Assembly: GCA_965223155.1 (NCBI GenBank)
Contig: CBDCVR010000015.1
Span: 448,001 to 512,000 of the forward strand
Source of the DNA: Candidatus Multivoradales bacterium
GTDB taxonomy: Bacteria > Acidobacteriota > Thermoanaerobaculia > Multivoradales > JAHEKO01
Length of the DNA stretch: 64,000 nucleotides
Direction: 5' to 3'
Positions 28,370 to 38,162 of the stretch are shown piece by piece; positions within the stretch are counted from its first letter, which is position 1; every line of letters starts with the position of its first letter. The position numbers and the translations under genes are program-made. A model generated the notes under the pieces. The model saw only the letters and a program-made list of their open reading frames with translations, had not been told where the DNA came from and searched no databases.

Positions 28370-28948
28370 CTAGGGCGCGACGAAGATCTGAGTGATCCAG
28401 AACGAGTCGCCGCGGCGGGCAACGCCAACGCCCAGTATCCCGAAGCGGTCGTCCAGGATGTTGGACCGGTGGCTGGGGCTCTGCATGAGCTGCTGATGAG
28501 CCAGGCCGGCGGGCGAGGTCGGATGCTGCACCAGGGCCAGGTTCTCGGCCGCCGCCGTGAAGACGACGCCGCTACCACGCAGCCGCTGGCGCAGGCCGCT
28601 GCTGGTCGGACCGGAATGGCCGAAGAAGTTGCCGTCGCGCATTGCCTCGCTATGCAGGCGAGCGACCCGGCTAAGCTCGGCGTTGAACTCGAGCTCGCCC
28701 AGGCGCTCGTCCTTGCGGGCGCCGTTGACCAGGGCGAAGCTTTCCGCCGCGATCGACGCCTCCGAGATCTGCTTGGGCGCGGTCGGACTGCTGCCGCCGC
28801 CGCTGCAGCCGGCGAGCAGGGTGGCTGCCAAGAGCGTGGCGGTCGCGGCGACCACTTCGACGAGGCCGGGGCGACGCCGCGCCGGCAGCGCCACGGAGGA
28901 CGTCTTCGAAGGCACGCCCAGGACGGATACAGGACGGGTCGAACTCAT
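28370..28948 (-). CDS. CAP (SCP) domain lipoprotein
   Basis: Lipobox LLAGC; HSEAM, FFGH, AENLA, SPSHRSNIL, GVG, TQIF. Confidence 0.85.
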   Translation of the reverse strand: MSSTRPVSVLGVPSKTSSVALPARRRPGLVEVVAATATLLAATLLAGCSGGGSSPTAPKQISEASIAAESFALVNGARKDERLGELEFNAELSRVARLHSEAMRDGNFFGHSGPTSSGLRQRLRGSGVVFTAAAENLALVQHPTSPAGLAHQQLMQSPSHRSNILDDRFGILGVGVARRGDSFWITQIFVAP

Positions 28949-29121
28949 GGACGGAATGGTACGGACCTACGCTCGCTTTGTCTGTGACGCGGCTCACACG
29001 ATCACGAATCTCACGCGCTGCCCGGGGCGACCGGGGACCTTCCGAATAGCGCCCGAGAACTTCTCGGCCCGCGAGCACCCCGGCCGGCCCGGAGATTCAG
29101 CGTGAATACTGGGCCACGACC

Positions 29122-29796
29122 TCAAAAGGGCCCTCCCGAGTCCGTTACCAGAGGCCGGCGCTTCACGGCCAGGGCCAAGCCGTCTCCCAGCGGCAGCACC
29201 GAGACACCCAACTGCGGGTGGATGACGAGGTAGTCGTTAAATGTCCTCAAGGCTTCGGCCTCGGCATCGACTTGCCGATCGGGATCGTCCAGCCCGGCCA
29301 CCTGGCCGCTCCAAAGCACGTTGTCCGCGACTACCAATCCGCCCACCGGCACCAGGCCGAGGCTGAGATCAAGGAGCCGCCGGTACTGGCTCTTGTCACA
29401 ATCGAGGTAGACGAGATCGAAACCGCCGGCCGGCAGCTCACTCAGCACCTCGCCGGCCTCCCCACAGCGGACCTCGACCCGGTCGTCCAGCCCGGCCCGG
29501 GCGAGGTTCCGGGTCGCCTGTTCGGCGAGCTGCGGGTCCCTCTCGACGGTCACGACCGGAACCTCCGGATTGCCGCGCGCCAACCGGATCGCGCCGTAGC
29601 CGATCGCGGCCCCGATCTCGAGAATCCCGACCCTGGCCGTCGCCGCCAAGACCCCGAGTAATGCTCCGACCTCGGGCTTCGAGATCGGGATGCGCCTCTG
29701 GGCGGCGGTCTCCTCGAGCTCAGCCAGCAGAGGATCGCGCGGGCGCAAGAGGCTCTGGAGATAGACCTGTTGCTCAGGCTGAAGAATGTCGGACAT
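29122..29796 (-). CDS. SAM-dependent O-methyltransferase
   Basis: LEIGAAIGYG, FDLVYLDCDK, DNVLWSG, PLGDGL; start at MSDILQ. Confidence 0.9.
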   Translation of the reverse strand: MSDILQPEQQVYLQSLLRPRDPLLAELEETAAQRRIPISKPEVGALLGVLAATARVGILEIGAAIGYGAIRLARGNPEVPVVTVERDPQLAEQATRNLARAGLDDRVEVRCGEAGEVLSELPAGGFDLVYLDCDKSQYRRLLDLSLGLVPVGGLVVADNVLWSGQVAGLDDPDRQVDAEAEALRTFNDYLVIHPQLGVSVLPLGDGLALAVKRRPLVTDSGGPF

Positions 29797-29937
29797 GGCG
29801 CTTCGGCGCGGCCGAAGCCGGCGCCGGGAGCCGTCCATGGCATCGAACCTGCTTGGAAACTCTCCGGACGGCGGCGGCCGAGCCGGCTGCTAGAGTACGG
29901 CTCGCGAAGGACGCGGATCAAGCCCTTTCGCTGCTCG

Positions 29938-29983
29938 GTTCCGACCAGTTTCGCCCAGTTCCGCCCAGTTCCGCCCAGTTCCG
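29938..29983. repeat. Tandem 10-bp repeat (gttccgccca x4.6)
   Basis: gttccgacca gtttcgccca gttccgccca gttccgccca gttccg, ending at the RBS of 29996. Confidence 0.85.
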
Positions 29984-29995
29984 GAGAACCACACG

Positions 29996-30586
29996 ATGAG
30001 CACTGACGGATTTCCTCTTCGACCCGCTGCTGCCCGCCCCGGCGCGCCGGACGGTGGCAGCCGGCTTTCGCGGCCTCTGGGCCTGCTCAGCATGCTCGGC
30101 AGACTCGGCTTGCTGGCCTTGCTGGCCCTTGGCAGCGGGCCGCTCCCGGCCCTGGCTCAAGACGGCACTCCGGCCGAGAGCCAACCCACCCTCAAGATCG
30201 CCGAGGTCCGGGTCGAACCCGCCAACCCGGCGGCCGATACCCTGTGCCGGCTTACGGTGGCTCTCGAGAACACCGACGAACGCATCGCCTCCCAGCTCGG
30301 CTTCACGATCACGATCAACGGCCAGGAGCTGCCCGTCTACCGGAACCATCTCTTCATGTTTCGAGCCGACCCGGGCGGCACCAGCGAGCTGCCGCTCTAC
30401 AACTTCTGGAGCACCGAGACGTCCCGGCCGATGCCCGAGTCGGGAAAGCTCGAGATCGAGGTCAGCCTGCGTGAAGCTCGCTGGATGACGATCGAGACCA
30501 TCGACGGCACCGAGACCTGGACGCCGATCGGTGACGTCGAGGGGCTGCCCGTGGCGCGCAGCGTCACCCTCGAAATGACGAAGTAG
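29996..30586 (+). CDS. Exported hypothetical protein
   Basis: Signal peptide ending ALA-Q, beta-rich mature part, GGAGA RBS. Confidence 0.7.
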   Translation: MSTDGFPLRPAAARPGAPDGGSRLSRPLGLLSMLGRLGLLALLALGSGPLPALAQDGTPAESQPTLKIAEVRVEPANPAADTLCRLTVALENTDERIASQLGFTITINGQELPVYRNHLFMFRADPGGTSELPLYNFWSTETSRPMPESGKLEIEVSLREARWMTIETIDGTETWTPIGDVEGLPVARSVTLEMTK

Positions 30587-30733
30587 CAGCCGGAAAGCAA
30601 GCGGGTTCTCCCGTGGCACGGCTGCGACCGCCGCACCAAAGCCGGCGGCCTACCCGTGCGCGCCCAAGCGCTTGGAAGCCCTGCGGGAGCAGCGCGGCGT
30701 CCCGGTCAGATCGCTTCGTCCCCCTCGACCGGG

Positions 30734-31642
30734 CTACCGGACTACCGGACGGGCGGGAGACCAGGACAGCTCTTCCAAGAGCGCCGTGCGGTGCTCGTCG
30801 CTGTCGAGCGACGGCAAGGTGTAGTTCGAGTCAAACGAGATCTCGCAGGGCTCACCCACCGTGACCGGTTCTAGCGGCAGCAGCACCGTGTGCCGGCCGG
30901 ATCCGGTAACGACGGCTTCAGCGCCGCCGCAGGTGGTCGCGACCGTCACGCTCTGCTGGGTCGCGCCTTCCTCCACGATCGGATTCTGCAGGCGGCCCCC
31001 GCCCTCGACAATGGCCACGACGATTCGCAGAGTCCCCCTGCGGCGCAGCCGGCCGACCCGCAGAGTCGCGTCACCCGACATCCAGCGGCGGGCCAGCACC
31101 TGAAGATCGGTTCCTCCCTCCACCGCCAGCCAGCTTGACGAGAACGAGATCCGTGGCACTCCGCGCACGTTTTCGATGGCGCGCACTTCGGCCACCTGAT
31201 ACTCACCCCCTGCGACCTCCGGACCCTCGGTGGCAAGAGCGAACCGTTCGCCGGCGCTGTCGTAGAGCCCGGCCGTCAGCCGATAGGTGCCCTCCGTCAG
31301 GGGCGGCGCCAAGAGCGACTGAGACAGAGTCAGCGAGTAGCGCTGCTCCGTTCCCGGCTGCCAGGGCTTGGGCAGAGGATGATCGAACGTCCGGACCACC
31401 TTGCCTTCTTGATCCACAAGATGGACGAAGACCAGTGGGGCTCCGGAGAGGGGCTCCAGAGCCTTGTCCATCTGCCAAGCGAATTCGACGCCGGCGTGCG
31501 TCGGGTAGCCCAGCTCGAGCTCGTCAGGAGACACGGTCAGCCGGCCCGCCGGCTCGGGCTTGGCCGCGCAAGCGCCGACGGCCACGAGGGCGAAGAGCGC
31601 TCCGAGGGAGCTCCAGGTGCGCGTAATGGATCGTTGGTTCAT
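30734..31642 (-). CDS. Hypothetical lipoprotein
   Basis: Lipobox-like VGAC; VFVHLVD...DHPLP...AGLYD beta-sandwich-like region; GGAGG RBS. Confidence 0.7.
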   Translation of the reverse strand: MNQRSITRTWSSLGALFALVAVGACAAKPEPAGRLTVSPDELELGYPTHAGVEFAWQMDKALEPLSGAPLVFVHLVDQEGKVVRTFDHPLPKPWQPGTEQRYSLTLSQSLLAPPLTEGTYRLTAGLYDSAGERFALATEGPEVAGGEYQVAEVRAIENVRGVPRISFSSSWLAVEGGTDLQVLARRWMSGDATLRVGRLRRRGTLRIVVAIVEGGGRLQNPIVEEGATQQSVTVATTCGGAEAVVTGSGRHTVLLPLEPVTVGEPCEISFDSNYTLPSLDSDEHRTALLEELSWSPARPVVR

Positions 31643-31745
31643 GTTCCCCTCCTACGTCGTTCCGAATCGGCGAGCATAATAGACCAAGGTCCGCCTTGCT
31701 ACACTCCAAAGCGCCTTTCGGTTCGGAACCCGACGTCGCGACGCC

Positions 31746-33524
31746 ATGAGTAGTGGAATCCTCATTCTCTCCGGGATCATTGTCTTCGCGGTACTGGCCT
31801 TTGTCCGCGAGTGGTTGCCGATGGACGTGGTCGCCCTGGTCACCCTGGGGCTGCTACTGGTCTTCGATCTGGTCTCGGCCGAGGAGGCGATCTCCGGATT
31901 CAGCAACCCGGCGGTGGTGACCGTGATGATGATGTTCATCCTGAGCGCGGGATTCGTCGATACCGGCCTCGTCACCAAGCTCGCCTACCGCATCTCGGAC
32001 TGGACCGGCGGCGGCCAATGGCAGGCCGCCCTGCTGCTGCTACTGCTGGCCGGGGTCATCTCGGCGTTTCTCAACAACACGGCCGCCGTCGCGGTGTTCA
32101 TGCCGGTCGCCATCCACCTTGCCCGCCATCACCGCTTCAGCCCGACGCGCCTGCTGATGCCGCTGTCGTTTGTCGCCATCTTCGGCGGAACGTGTACGTT
32201 GCTGGGTACCTCGACCAATCTGCTGGTCGGCTCGCTGGCCGAGGAATCCGGCCTCGAACCGTTCACGATGTTCGAGTTCGCGGCTCTCGGCGGCGTCCTC
32301 TTCTTGACCGGATTCGCCTATACGGCCCTCGTGCCGATGCGCCTTCTGGAGTCCCGCAGCACACCCTCGAACCTGACCCGCAAGTACCACCTAGGCGGTT
32401 TCCTGACCGAGCTCAAGGTGGCTCCGGACTCGAAGCTCCTACACCGCACGGTCTTAGACGAGAAGGTGAGTGAGCGCTACGACCTGACCGTGCTCGAGAT
32501 CCTGCGCGGCAAGACCAAGATCGCGGCCGACATCCGCAACACGCCGCTGCTGCTCGACGACGTTCTCATCGTGCGCGGCTCGGTCGACGACATCGTCGCC
32601 TTCAAAGAACAACAAGGCCTGTTGCTGCTGACCGACATCAAGCTCAGCGACAAGGACCTGAGTGACGCCAACACGGTGCTGTCCGAGCTCCAGTTGTCCC
32701 CAACCTCGAGGCTAGTCGGCTCGTCTCTCAAGGACATCGACTTCCGCCGCCAGTTCGGCGCTTTCGTCCTGGCCTTGAGCCGCACCGGCGGGCTGGTGCA
32801 GGACAAGATCGCCACCATTCCACTGCGTGCCTGGGACACGCTCCTGGTCTTCGGGCCCAAGTCTCGCGTCGAAGCGCTCTACGACCGGGAGGAGTTCGTC
32901 CCGCTCGGAGAACGCGAGGTGCGCCTGCGCCTGGCCAAGCGCTGGTGGATCAGCGCTCTGACTGTGCCCCTGGTGGTTTTCTTTGCCGCCCTCGGCATCA
33001 TGTCGATTCTCAAGGCCTCGATTCTGGGCGCCGTCTTCCTGCTGGCGACCCGGACCATCACCATCCAGCAAGCGTACCGGGCGATCGACTGGACGGTCTT
33101 TTTCCTGCTGGCCGCGATCCTGCCGCTGGGAACCGCGATGCAGAACACGGGCCTGGCCGAAGTCATCGCCTCCTGGATCGAGCCCGTCGGCGTTCACTTC
33201 GGCCCGCTTGCGATGCTGTCGTTTCTCTATCTCAGCACCACGCTCTTGACGTCGATGTTCTCGAACAACGCCACCGCGGTCTTGATGGTGCCCATCGCCA
33301 TGGGTGCCGCGGCCAATCTCGGCGTCAACGTCAAGCCGTTCCTGATGGCCATCACCTACGCCGCCTCCACCAGCTTCATGACCCCGGTCGGCTACCAGAC
33401 CAACGCCATGGTCTTCGGTCCGGGAGCCTATCGATTCAACGACTTCCTGAAGTTCGGCACGCCGCTTACGCTCCTCTTCTGGATCCTCTCGACCTGGCTG
33501 ATTCCGATCTTCTGGCCGTTCTGA
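31746..33524 (+). CDS. SLC13/DASS permease with TrkA-C domains
   Basis: SAFLNNT, GTSTNLLV, two TrkA-C regions, SNNATA, TPVGYQTN. Confidence 0.93.
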   Translation: MSSGILILSGIIVFAVLAFVREWLPMDVVALVTLGLLLVFDLVSAEEAISGFSNPAVVTVMMMFILSAGFVDTGLVTKLAYRISDWTGGGQWQAALLLLLLAGVISAFLNNTAAVAVFMPVAIHLARHHRFSPTRLLMPLSFVAIFGGTCTLLGTSTNLLVGSLAEESGLEPFTMFEFAALGGVLFLTGFAYTALVPMRLLESRSTPSNLTRKYHLGGFLTELKVAPDSKLLHRTVLDEKVSERYDLTVLEILRGKTKIAADIRNTPLLLDDVLIVRGSVDDIVAFKEQQGLLLLTDIKLSDKDLSDANTVLSELQLSPTSRLVGSSLKDIDFRRQFGAFVLALSRTGGLVQDKIATIPLRAWDTLLVFGPKSRVEALYDREEFVPLGEREVRLRLAKRWWISALTVPLVVFFAALGIMSILKASILGAVFLLATRTITIQQAYRAIDWTVFFLLAAILPLGTAMQNTGLAEVIASWIEPVGVHFGPLAMLSFLYLSTTLLTSMFSNNATAVLMVPIAMGAAANLGVNVKPFLMAITYAASTSFMTPVGYQTNAMVFGPGAYRFNDFLKFGTPLTLLFWILSTWLIPIFWPF

Positions 33525-33529
33525 CCGGC

Positions 33530-34156
33530 CTACAGCGATCGGTCCAGTAGCTGCTCGACACGAGCCACGACCATCGCCAGCGCCACCTGGTTCTCGCCTC
33601 CCTGGGGCACGATCACATCAGCCCAGCGCTTGGATGGCTCGACGAATTCGAGATGCATGGGCCGCACGCTGTCGAGATACTGACGGATGACCGAATCCAG
33701 GCTGCGGCCGCGCTCCCGCAGGTCCCGCTCCAAGCGGCGAATAAAGCGCACGTCGGCGTCGGTATCGACGAAGATCTTGAAATCCAGGAGCCGACGAAGG
33801 CGAGGCTCCGCGAAAAGCAGAATGCCCTCCACCAAGACCACCGGGTGCGGCTCGACCGTACGGGTCTCGGTGGTTCGGCGGTGGGTCACGAAGTCGTAGA
33901 TCGGAGCTTCGACCAGCTGGCCGCTCTTCAGGGCGGCCACGTGGGTCAGCAACAGCTCGTGGTCCAGCGCTTCCGGATGGTCGAAGTTGTGCTCGGCGAG
34001 CTCCTCCGGGCCGGTCCAGTCGACGTCTCGATAGTAGGCGTCCTGCTCGAGCCAGGCGATGCGATCGGCGCCCACGGCGTCCAGAATCGCTCGGGCCACC
34101 GTCGTCTTACCCGACCCCGTGCCGCCGGCAACGCCCAAGACCACCGCTTCGCCCAT
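33530..34156 (-). CDS. udk: Uridine kinase
   Basis: GVAGGTGSGKTT, NFDHPEA, RRLERDLRERGR, VRPMHLEFVEPSK. Confidence 0.95.
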   Translation of the reverse strand: MGEAVVLGVAGGTGSGKTTVARAILDAVGADRIAWLEQDAYYRDVDWTGPEELAEHNFDHPEALDHELLLTHVAALKSGQLVEAPIYDFVTHRRTTETRTVEPHPVVLVEGILLFAEPRLRRLLDFKIFVDTDADVRFIRRLERDLRERGRSLDSVIRQYLDSVRPMHLEFVEPSKRWADVIVPQGGENQVALAMVVARVEQLLDRSL

Positions 34157-34166
34157 CGTTTCGACT

Positions 34167-34922
34167 CTACCCGGAGCGCGAGGCGCGGAGAAGTTCCGAG
34201 AGCTCGGACAAGCTGCCGATGACCCCGTCTGGCGCCGGACCGCCCCCGTCGGCGCTTCGCAGCCAGACCGTGCGGACCGCCGCCGCCCGGCCCGCCACGA
34301 CGTCGGTAGCCCGGCGATCCCCAACGAACACGGCCCGCGCCGCCTCGACCTCCAGGGCGGCCAAGACCGAGCGCACCATCGCCGGCGAGGGCTTGCGGCT
34401 GCCCGAGTCGTAGCTGAACCGGGTCGCGCCGAAGGAGTCCAAGAGCTCGTGCCGGGCCAGCACCTCCCGGTAGAGCGCGCCCGGAAGCGGCACGTTCGAG
34501 ACCAGGCCCAGCTTGCATCCCAGTGCCACCGCCGCCGACACCGTCTGGCGCGCGCCCGGGATCCTCGGCACACTCTCGCCGAAGGGCCGGAACCAGCGGC
34601 CGAGGAGGCTTGCGGCCGGCGTCCGGATCCCGCCCGCGGCCCGCCGCAGCCTGGTCAGGTGGGGACCCCAGTCGGCCTCCCGGCCCTGCTCGGCCCGGCG
34701 CTCGTAGGACTGGCGCCACGGACCGAAGAGCAGCCGCTCCAGGTCTTCCTCGCCGAGAGCCGGCTTGCCCTTCGCCCGCCGGTCGTTGACGAAATCCAGA
34801 AGCGCCTCGCGGCCGCGCCAGTCGGCCCTGCCTTGGGGCAGGCCCCGGCTCCCTCCAAAGTCCAGCAGCACGCCGCCCATGTCGAAGAGCACCGCTTCGA
34901 TGGGGCCCCGCCCCAAGCTCAC
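34167..34922 (-). CDS. HAD-family hydrolase
   Basis: FDMGGVL, VSN, RKP, FVGD...D; probable GTG start overlapping mutM stop. Confidence 0.85.
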   Translation of the reverse strand: MSLGRGPIEAVLFDMGGVLLDFGGSRGLPQGRADWRGREALLDFVNDRRAKGKPALGEEDLERLLFGPWRQSYERRAEQGREADWGPHLTRLRRAAGGIRTPAASLLGRWFRPFGESVPRIPGARQTVSAAVALGCKLGLVSNVPLPGALYREVLARHELLDSFGATRFSYDSGSRKPSPAMVRSVLAALEVEAARAVFVGDRRATDVVAGRAAAVRTVWLRSADGGGPAPDGVIGSLSELSELLRASRSG

Positions 34923-35743
34923 CGCTGGCACCCCGGGCAGTAGAAGGTTCCGCGATTCGACAGGGTCTTGCGCCGGAGCGTCCGGCCGCACCGGGAACAG
35001 TCTTCACCCTCACGGCCGTAAACGTCGAGGGCCACCTGAAAGTAGCCGGCCTCGCCGCTACCGTCGGCGAAATCGTTGAGAGTCGTGCCGCCCTCGGCGA
35101 TGGCCTCGGCCAGGACCTCGCGGATCGAGGCGGCGATCCGATCCCAGCGCGGACGCGCGATCCGACCCGCCCGGCGCCAGGGATGGACCCCCGCGCGGAA
35201 TAGCGCCTCGCAGACGTAGATATTGCCGACGCCCACCACGTTGCGCGCGTCCATCAGAAACGACTTGATCGGCGCCTTCCGGCCGGCGGCGAGCTCGGCC
35301 AGGTAGGCGCCGTCGAAGGCTCCGTCCAGCGGTTCGACTCCGAGGTGGCAGAAATGGCGGTCTCGCTCGAGCAACCGGGTGGGCGCCGAAAAGACGAGGC
35401 CGAAACGGCGGGGGTCCCGGAAGCGGAGTTCGCCGTCGTCTTCGACTTCGATCGCCACGTGCTCGTGCGCCTCCTCTGGCCGCCCCTTCGGGCCAAGCGT
35501 CAACCGGCCGCTCATTCCCAGGTGGACCACCAGGGTCTTGTCTCCTGTCAGATCCACGAGCAGGTACTTGGCCCGGCGCCGCAAGTCCAGGACCCGCTGC
35601 CGCGAGCAGTCCCGGCGCAGCTTCGCCACCGACACCGGCTCGCGAAGCCGGGACTCGCGCACCACCACCCGCCCCAGCCTGCGGCCCTCGAGCCTGGGCG
35701 CCAGGCTCCGCCGCAGAACTTCGACCTCGGGCAACTCCGGCAT
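34919..35743 (-). CDS. mutM: Formamidopyrimidine-DNA glycosylase
   Basis: MPELPEVE, HLGMSG, DPRRFG, GVGNIY, C-terminal Zn finger CSRC...CPGCQ. Confidence 0.97.
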   Translation of the reverse strand: MPELPEVEVLRRSLAPRLEGRRLGRVVVRESRLREPVSVAKLRRDCSRQRVLDLRRRAKYLLVDLTGDKTLVVHLGMSGRLTLGPKGRPEEAHEHVAIEVEDDGELRFRDPRRFGLVFSAPTRLLERDRHFCHLGVEPLDGAFDGAYLAELAAGRKAPIKSFLMDARNVVGVGNIYVCEALFRAGVHPWRRAGRIARPRWDRIAASIREVLAEAIAEGGTTLNDFADGSGEAGYFQVALDVYGREGEDCSRCGRTLRRKTLSNRGTFYCPGCQR

Positions 35744-35791
35744 CGCTCGGGATTCTACTCAGACGCCAGCGGCCCGCTCTTGTGCCCAGGC

Positions 35792-35820
35792 TTGACAGCG
35801 CAGCCTCGGTAGGCGAAAAT
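35792..35820 (+). promoter_or_regulatory. Possible sigma70 promoter for 35829
   Basis: TTGACA-N17-GAAAAT (perfect -35, weak -10). Confidence 0.35.
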
Positions 35821-35828
35821 GGAGCGTA

Positions 35829-36647
35829 ATGTCGAATCTCAACCAAGCAACCCTGCCTCTTCCGTTCGCTCAAACCTCCGGACGCTTTCCGCCGCCGGCC
35901 GCCACCCCTCTCACTCGAATCGACGGTACCGAGTACCGCATCGTCCGGGTCCGCCGCGCTCTCGGCAGAGACGGGTCCGGCGCGGCGTCCTATCGACTCG
36001 ATCCCTATCGCGCCAACGGCGACCCGGCCCGCGGCCGGATCGTGCTGGTCCGCAATGGTCTGCCCGACCGGCTCCGGGCCGAGCTCGCCCGGCGCGACCT
36101 GCGAGGCACGGCGCTCCGGCTCGGCGCCGGCATGGATCCGTATCCGCCGGGTGAGGCCAAGTTCTTTGTCGTCGCGCGAACGCTGGCGGCATTGGGCTGG
36201 CTTCGGGAAGTCGATCTGACGCTCCAGACCCGTTCGGCTCTCGTCCTGCGCGACCTCGAGATGCTGAAGACCCTCGATCTCGGCAACACGGTGCGGGTGA
36301 TCGTACCGCTGGCGACGACCGACCCTGAAGAAGCGAGCCGGCTCGAGCCGGGAGCGCCCCGGCCCGAAGCTCGTCTCGCCACCGTGCGCGCGCTGGCAGC
36401 CGAAGGCCTGTCGGTCCACCTTGTGTGCGCACCGGAGCTCGGTGCGCTCGACGAGCTGGAGGCTGTCTTCCGGCAGGCCCGAATGGCCGGGGCGACCGAC
36501 GTTCGCCTGGCCCCGCGCCGGCTGCCCTTTGGGAACCCTGCCGGCGCGGCGCGGATACGAGACGGCAATGAGAGCCGCCTCGACAACCTGCTCCACCGGC
36601 TGCGCATGGCCTACGGCTTTCCGGCGCGCCGGATCGGCCGCGGCTAG
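35829..36647 (+). CDS. SplB/Rv2578c-like radical SAM homolog lacking the CxxxCxxC motif
   Basis: LDPYR, DPYPPGE, TRSALVLRDL, LEPGAPRPEARL match the family pattern; only one Cys in the protein. Confidence 0.7.
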   Translation: MSNLNQATLPLPFAQTSGRFPPPAATPLTRIDGTEYRIVRVRRALGRDGSGAASYRLDPYRANGDPARGRIVLVRNGLPDRLRAELARRDLRGTALRLGAGMDPYPPGEAKFFVVARTLAALGWLREVDLTLQTRSALVLRDLEMLKTLDLGNTVRVIVPLATTDPEEASRLEPGAPRPEARLATVRALAAEGLSVHLVCAPELGALDELEAVFRQARMAGATDVRLAPRRLPFGNPAGAARIRDGNESRLDNLLHRLRMAYGFPARRIGRG

Positions 36648-36654
36648 CGGCCCG

Positions 36655-38133
36655 CTAACGCCGCGTGGCCAGGCCGCCGGCGAGGCCGGTGACAAAGGCG
36701 GTCAGCACCAGATCGGGGCTCCCCGAGCCACCCTTGAGCTGCTCCTCGACCTCGAGAACCCGGGCCGGCAACGCCTCACGCGCCCGCGCGGCCATCCGCC
36801 CAGAGGCGAGATACGCCTTGTGCAAACGGTAGGGATGAAGCGACGCCAGCGGATTCGCGGCTCCCGACTCCAGCGAGGCCTGAAGCTTGGGAGCGACCGC
36901 CGACTTGAAGCGCTGAAAATTCGACTCGCCGGCGCGCACGCGACCGCTTTCGATCGCTCCGCCGATCGCGGTGAGGTGCCGGCAGAAACCCGCCAGGAGC
37001 GCCCACAGTGAAAGACGGGCCGCCATCGTGTCCTCGGCCACCTCGAGGTAGCGGCTGACCCGAGCCGAGGCCTCGCCTGGCTGGCCGGCGCCGATCGCGT
37101 CCAGCACCGCCCAAACATCTTCGTCTCCGCGGTCGGCAATGGTCTCGCGCACCAGCTCCAAGCTGATCCTGCCTTCGGGTGCCAGGGAGGCGAGCTTGCG
37201 AAATTCGGCGGCGAAGCGAGCGCTACTGTCGACCTGAACGGCCTCTCCGGGCTTGGAGAAAGCCTTCCCCTTGCGTAGCGTTCGCCGGGCCAACTCGGCC
37301 GTCGCCCGGGGCTCGATCGAGGCTCCGGTCTGGCGAGACAGCTCGGCCGCCAGCACCTCGACGCCCTCGAAGCCCTTGCGTCCGGAGGTGACTTGGGCGA
37401 GCTCCACGTACGCGCCGGCGCGCTCCAGAGTGCCCACCAGGGGGTGCTCGGCAGCCACCGAGCTCTCGGCCAGAACCAGATGATGGCCTTCGGGCAGGCC
37501 CCTCCGAGCGAGGTCCGCCAGGGTCTCGACCGCGCCCTCGGAGGCACCCTCGAGCTCCGCCTCCCGGCCCGCCACGAGCAAGGACGTGAAGCCCTCCCGC
37601 AGCTTCGCGATCTGCGGTTTCGTGCGCTTGCGGGAGCCGCGGCGGCCACGCCCCCCGGCCTTGGCACCGGCGAAGACCCAGTCAGGAAGCTTCTGGAGCA
37701 GGCGCGCCGGCTCGGTGCCGTACGGATCCAACTCGAAAAGACGCAGGGTCTGGAACAGGCGGCTTGCTGCCCGGCGTTCCCGACCAGTGAGCTCGTCGCC
37801 GCCGCTGTCAAAGGGCAGCACCTCCGCCGCCTCGTCGACGAGAGCCGCCGCCGCCTGGCGCTCGGCCAGCACCACGGTCTCGACGGCGACGATCACCTTG
37901 CCCGGATCGAACAACGAATAGGTTTGAAGATCGGCCAGGATATCGGCGAGCGACTCGGGCCGGCGGCGCACTTCCGCCGGACAGCCCACCCGCTGGGCCA
38001 AGGCCTCACCCAACCGAACCGCGCCCGGCTCCGCCACGACGCGGTCTCCCGACACCAAAAATACGGGCGCGGCGGGACCCGCGCCGTCGAGTCTTTCGAG
38101 GAGCATGTCCAGGGCGCTGGTTGCGGCCGGCAT
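36655..38133 (-). CDS. holA: DNA polymerase III delta subunit-like, with insertion
   Basis: VFLVSGD, TYSLFDPGKVIV, EFRKLA, DVWAVLDAI, EEQLKG. Confidence 0.7.
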   Translation of the reverse strand: MPAATSALDMLLERLDGAGPAAPVFLVSGDRVVAEPGAVRLGEALAQRVGCPAEVRRRPESLADILADLQTYSLFDPGKVIVAVETVVLAERQAAAALVDEAAEVLPFDSGGDELTGRERRAASRLFQTLRLFELDPYGTEPARLLQKLPDWVFAGAKAGGRGRRGSRKRTKPQIAKLREGFTSLLVAGREAELEGASEGAVETLADLARRGLPEGHHLVLAESSVAAEHPLVGTLERAGAYVELAQVTSGRKGFEGVEVLAAELSRQTGASIEPRATAELARRTLRKGKAFSKPGEAVQVDSSARFAAEFRKLASLAPEGRISLELVRETIADRGDEDVWAVLDAIGAGQPGEASARVSRYLEVAEDTMAARLSLWALLAGFCRHLTAIGGAIESGRVRAGESNFQRFKSAVAPKLQASLESGAANPLASLHPYRLHKAYLASGRMAARAREALPARVLEVEEQLKGGSGSPDLVLTAFVTGLAGGLATRR

Positions 38134-38162
38134 CGTGTGTTCGCGGTCCCGGGAGGCCCCGG

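Noticed and set aside
29938-29983. Repeat as a CRISPR array or LexA GTTC-N7-GTTC boxes
   Set aside because: No spacers and the unit is too short; GTTC spacing is N6 rather than N7
35812-35828. GCGAA-N6-GCGTA as a DNA-damage operator upstream of the radical-SAM homolog
   Set aside because: Imperfect single instance; no matching site found in the window to support it
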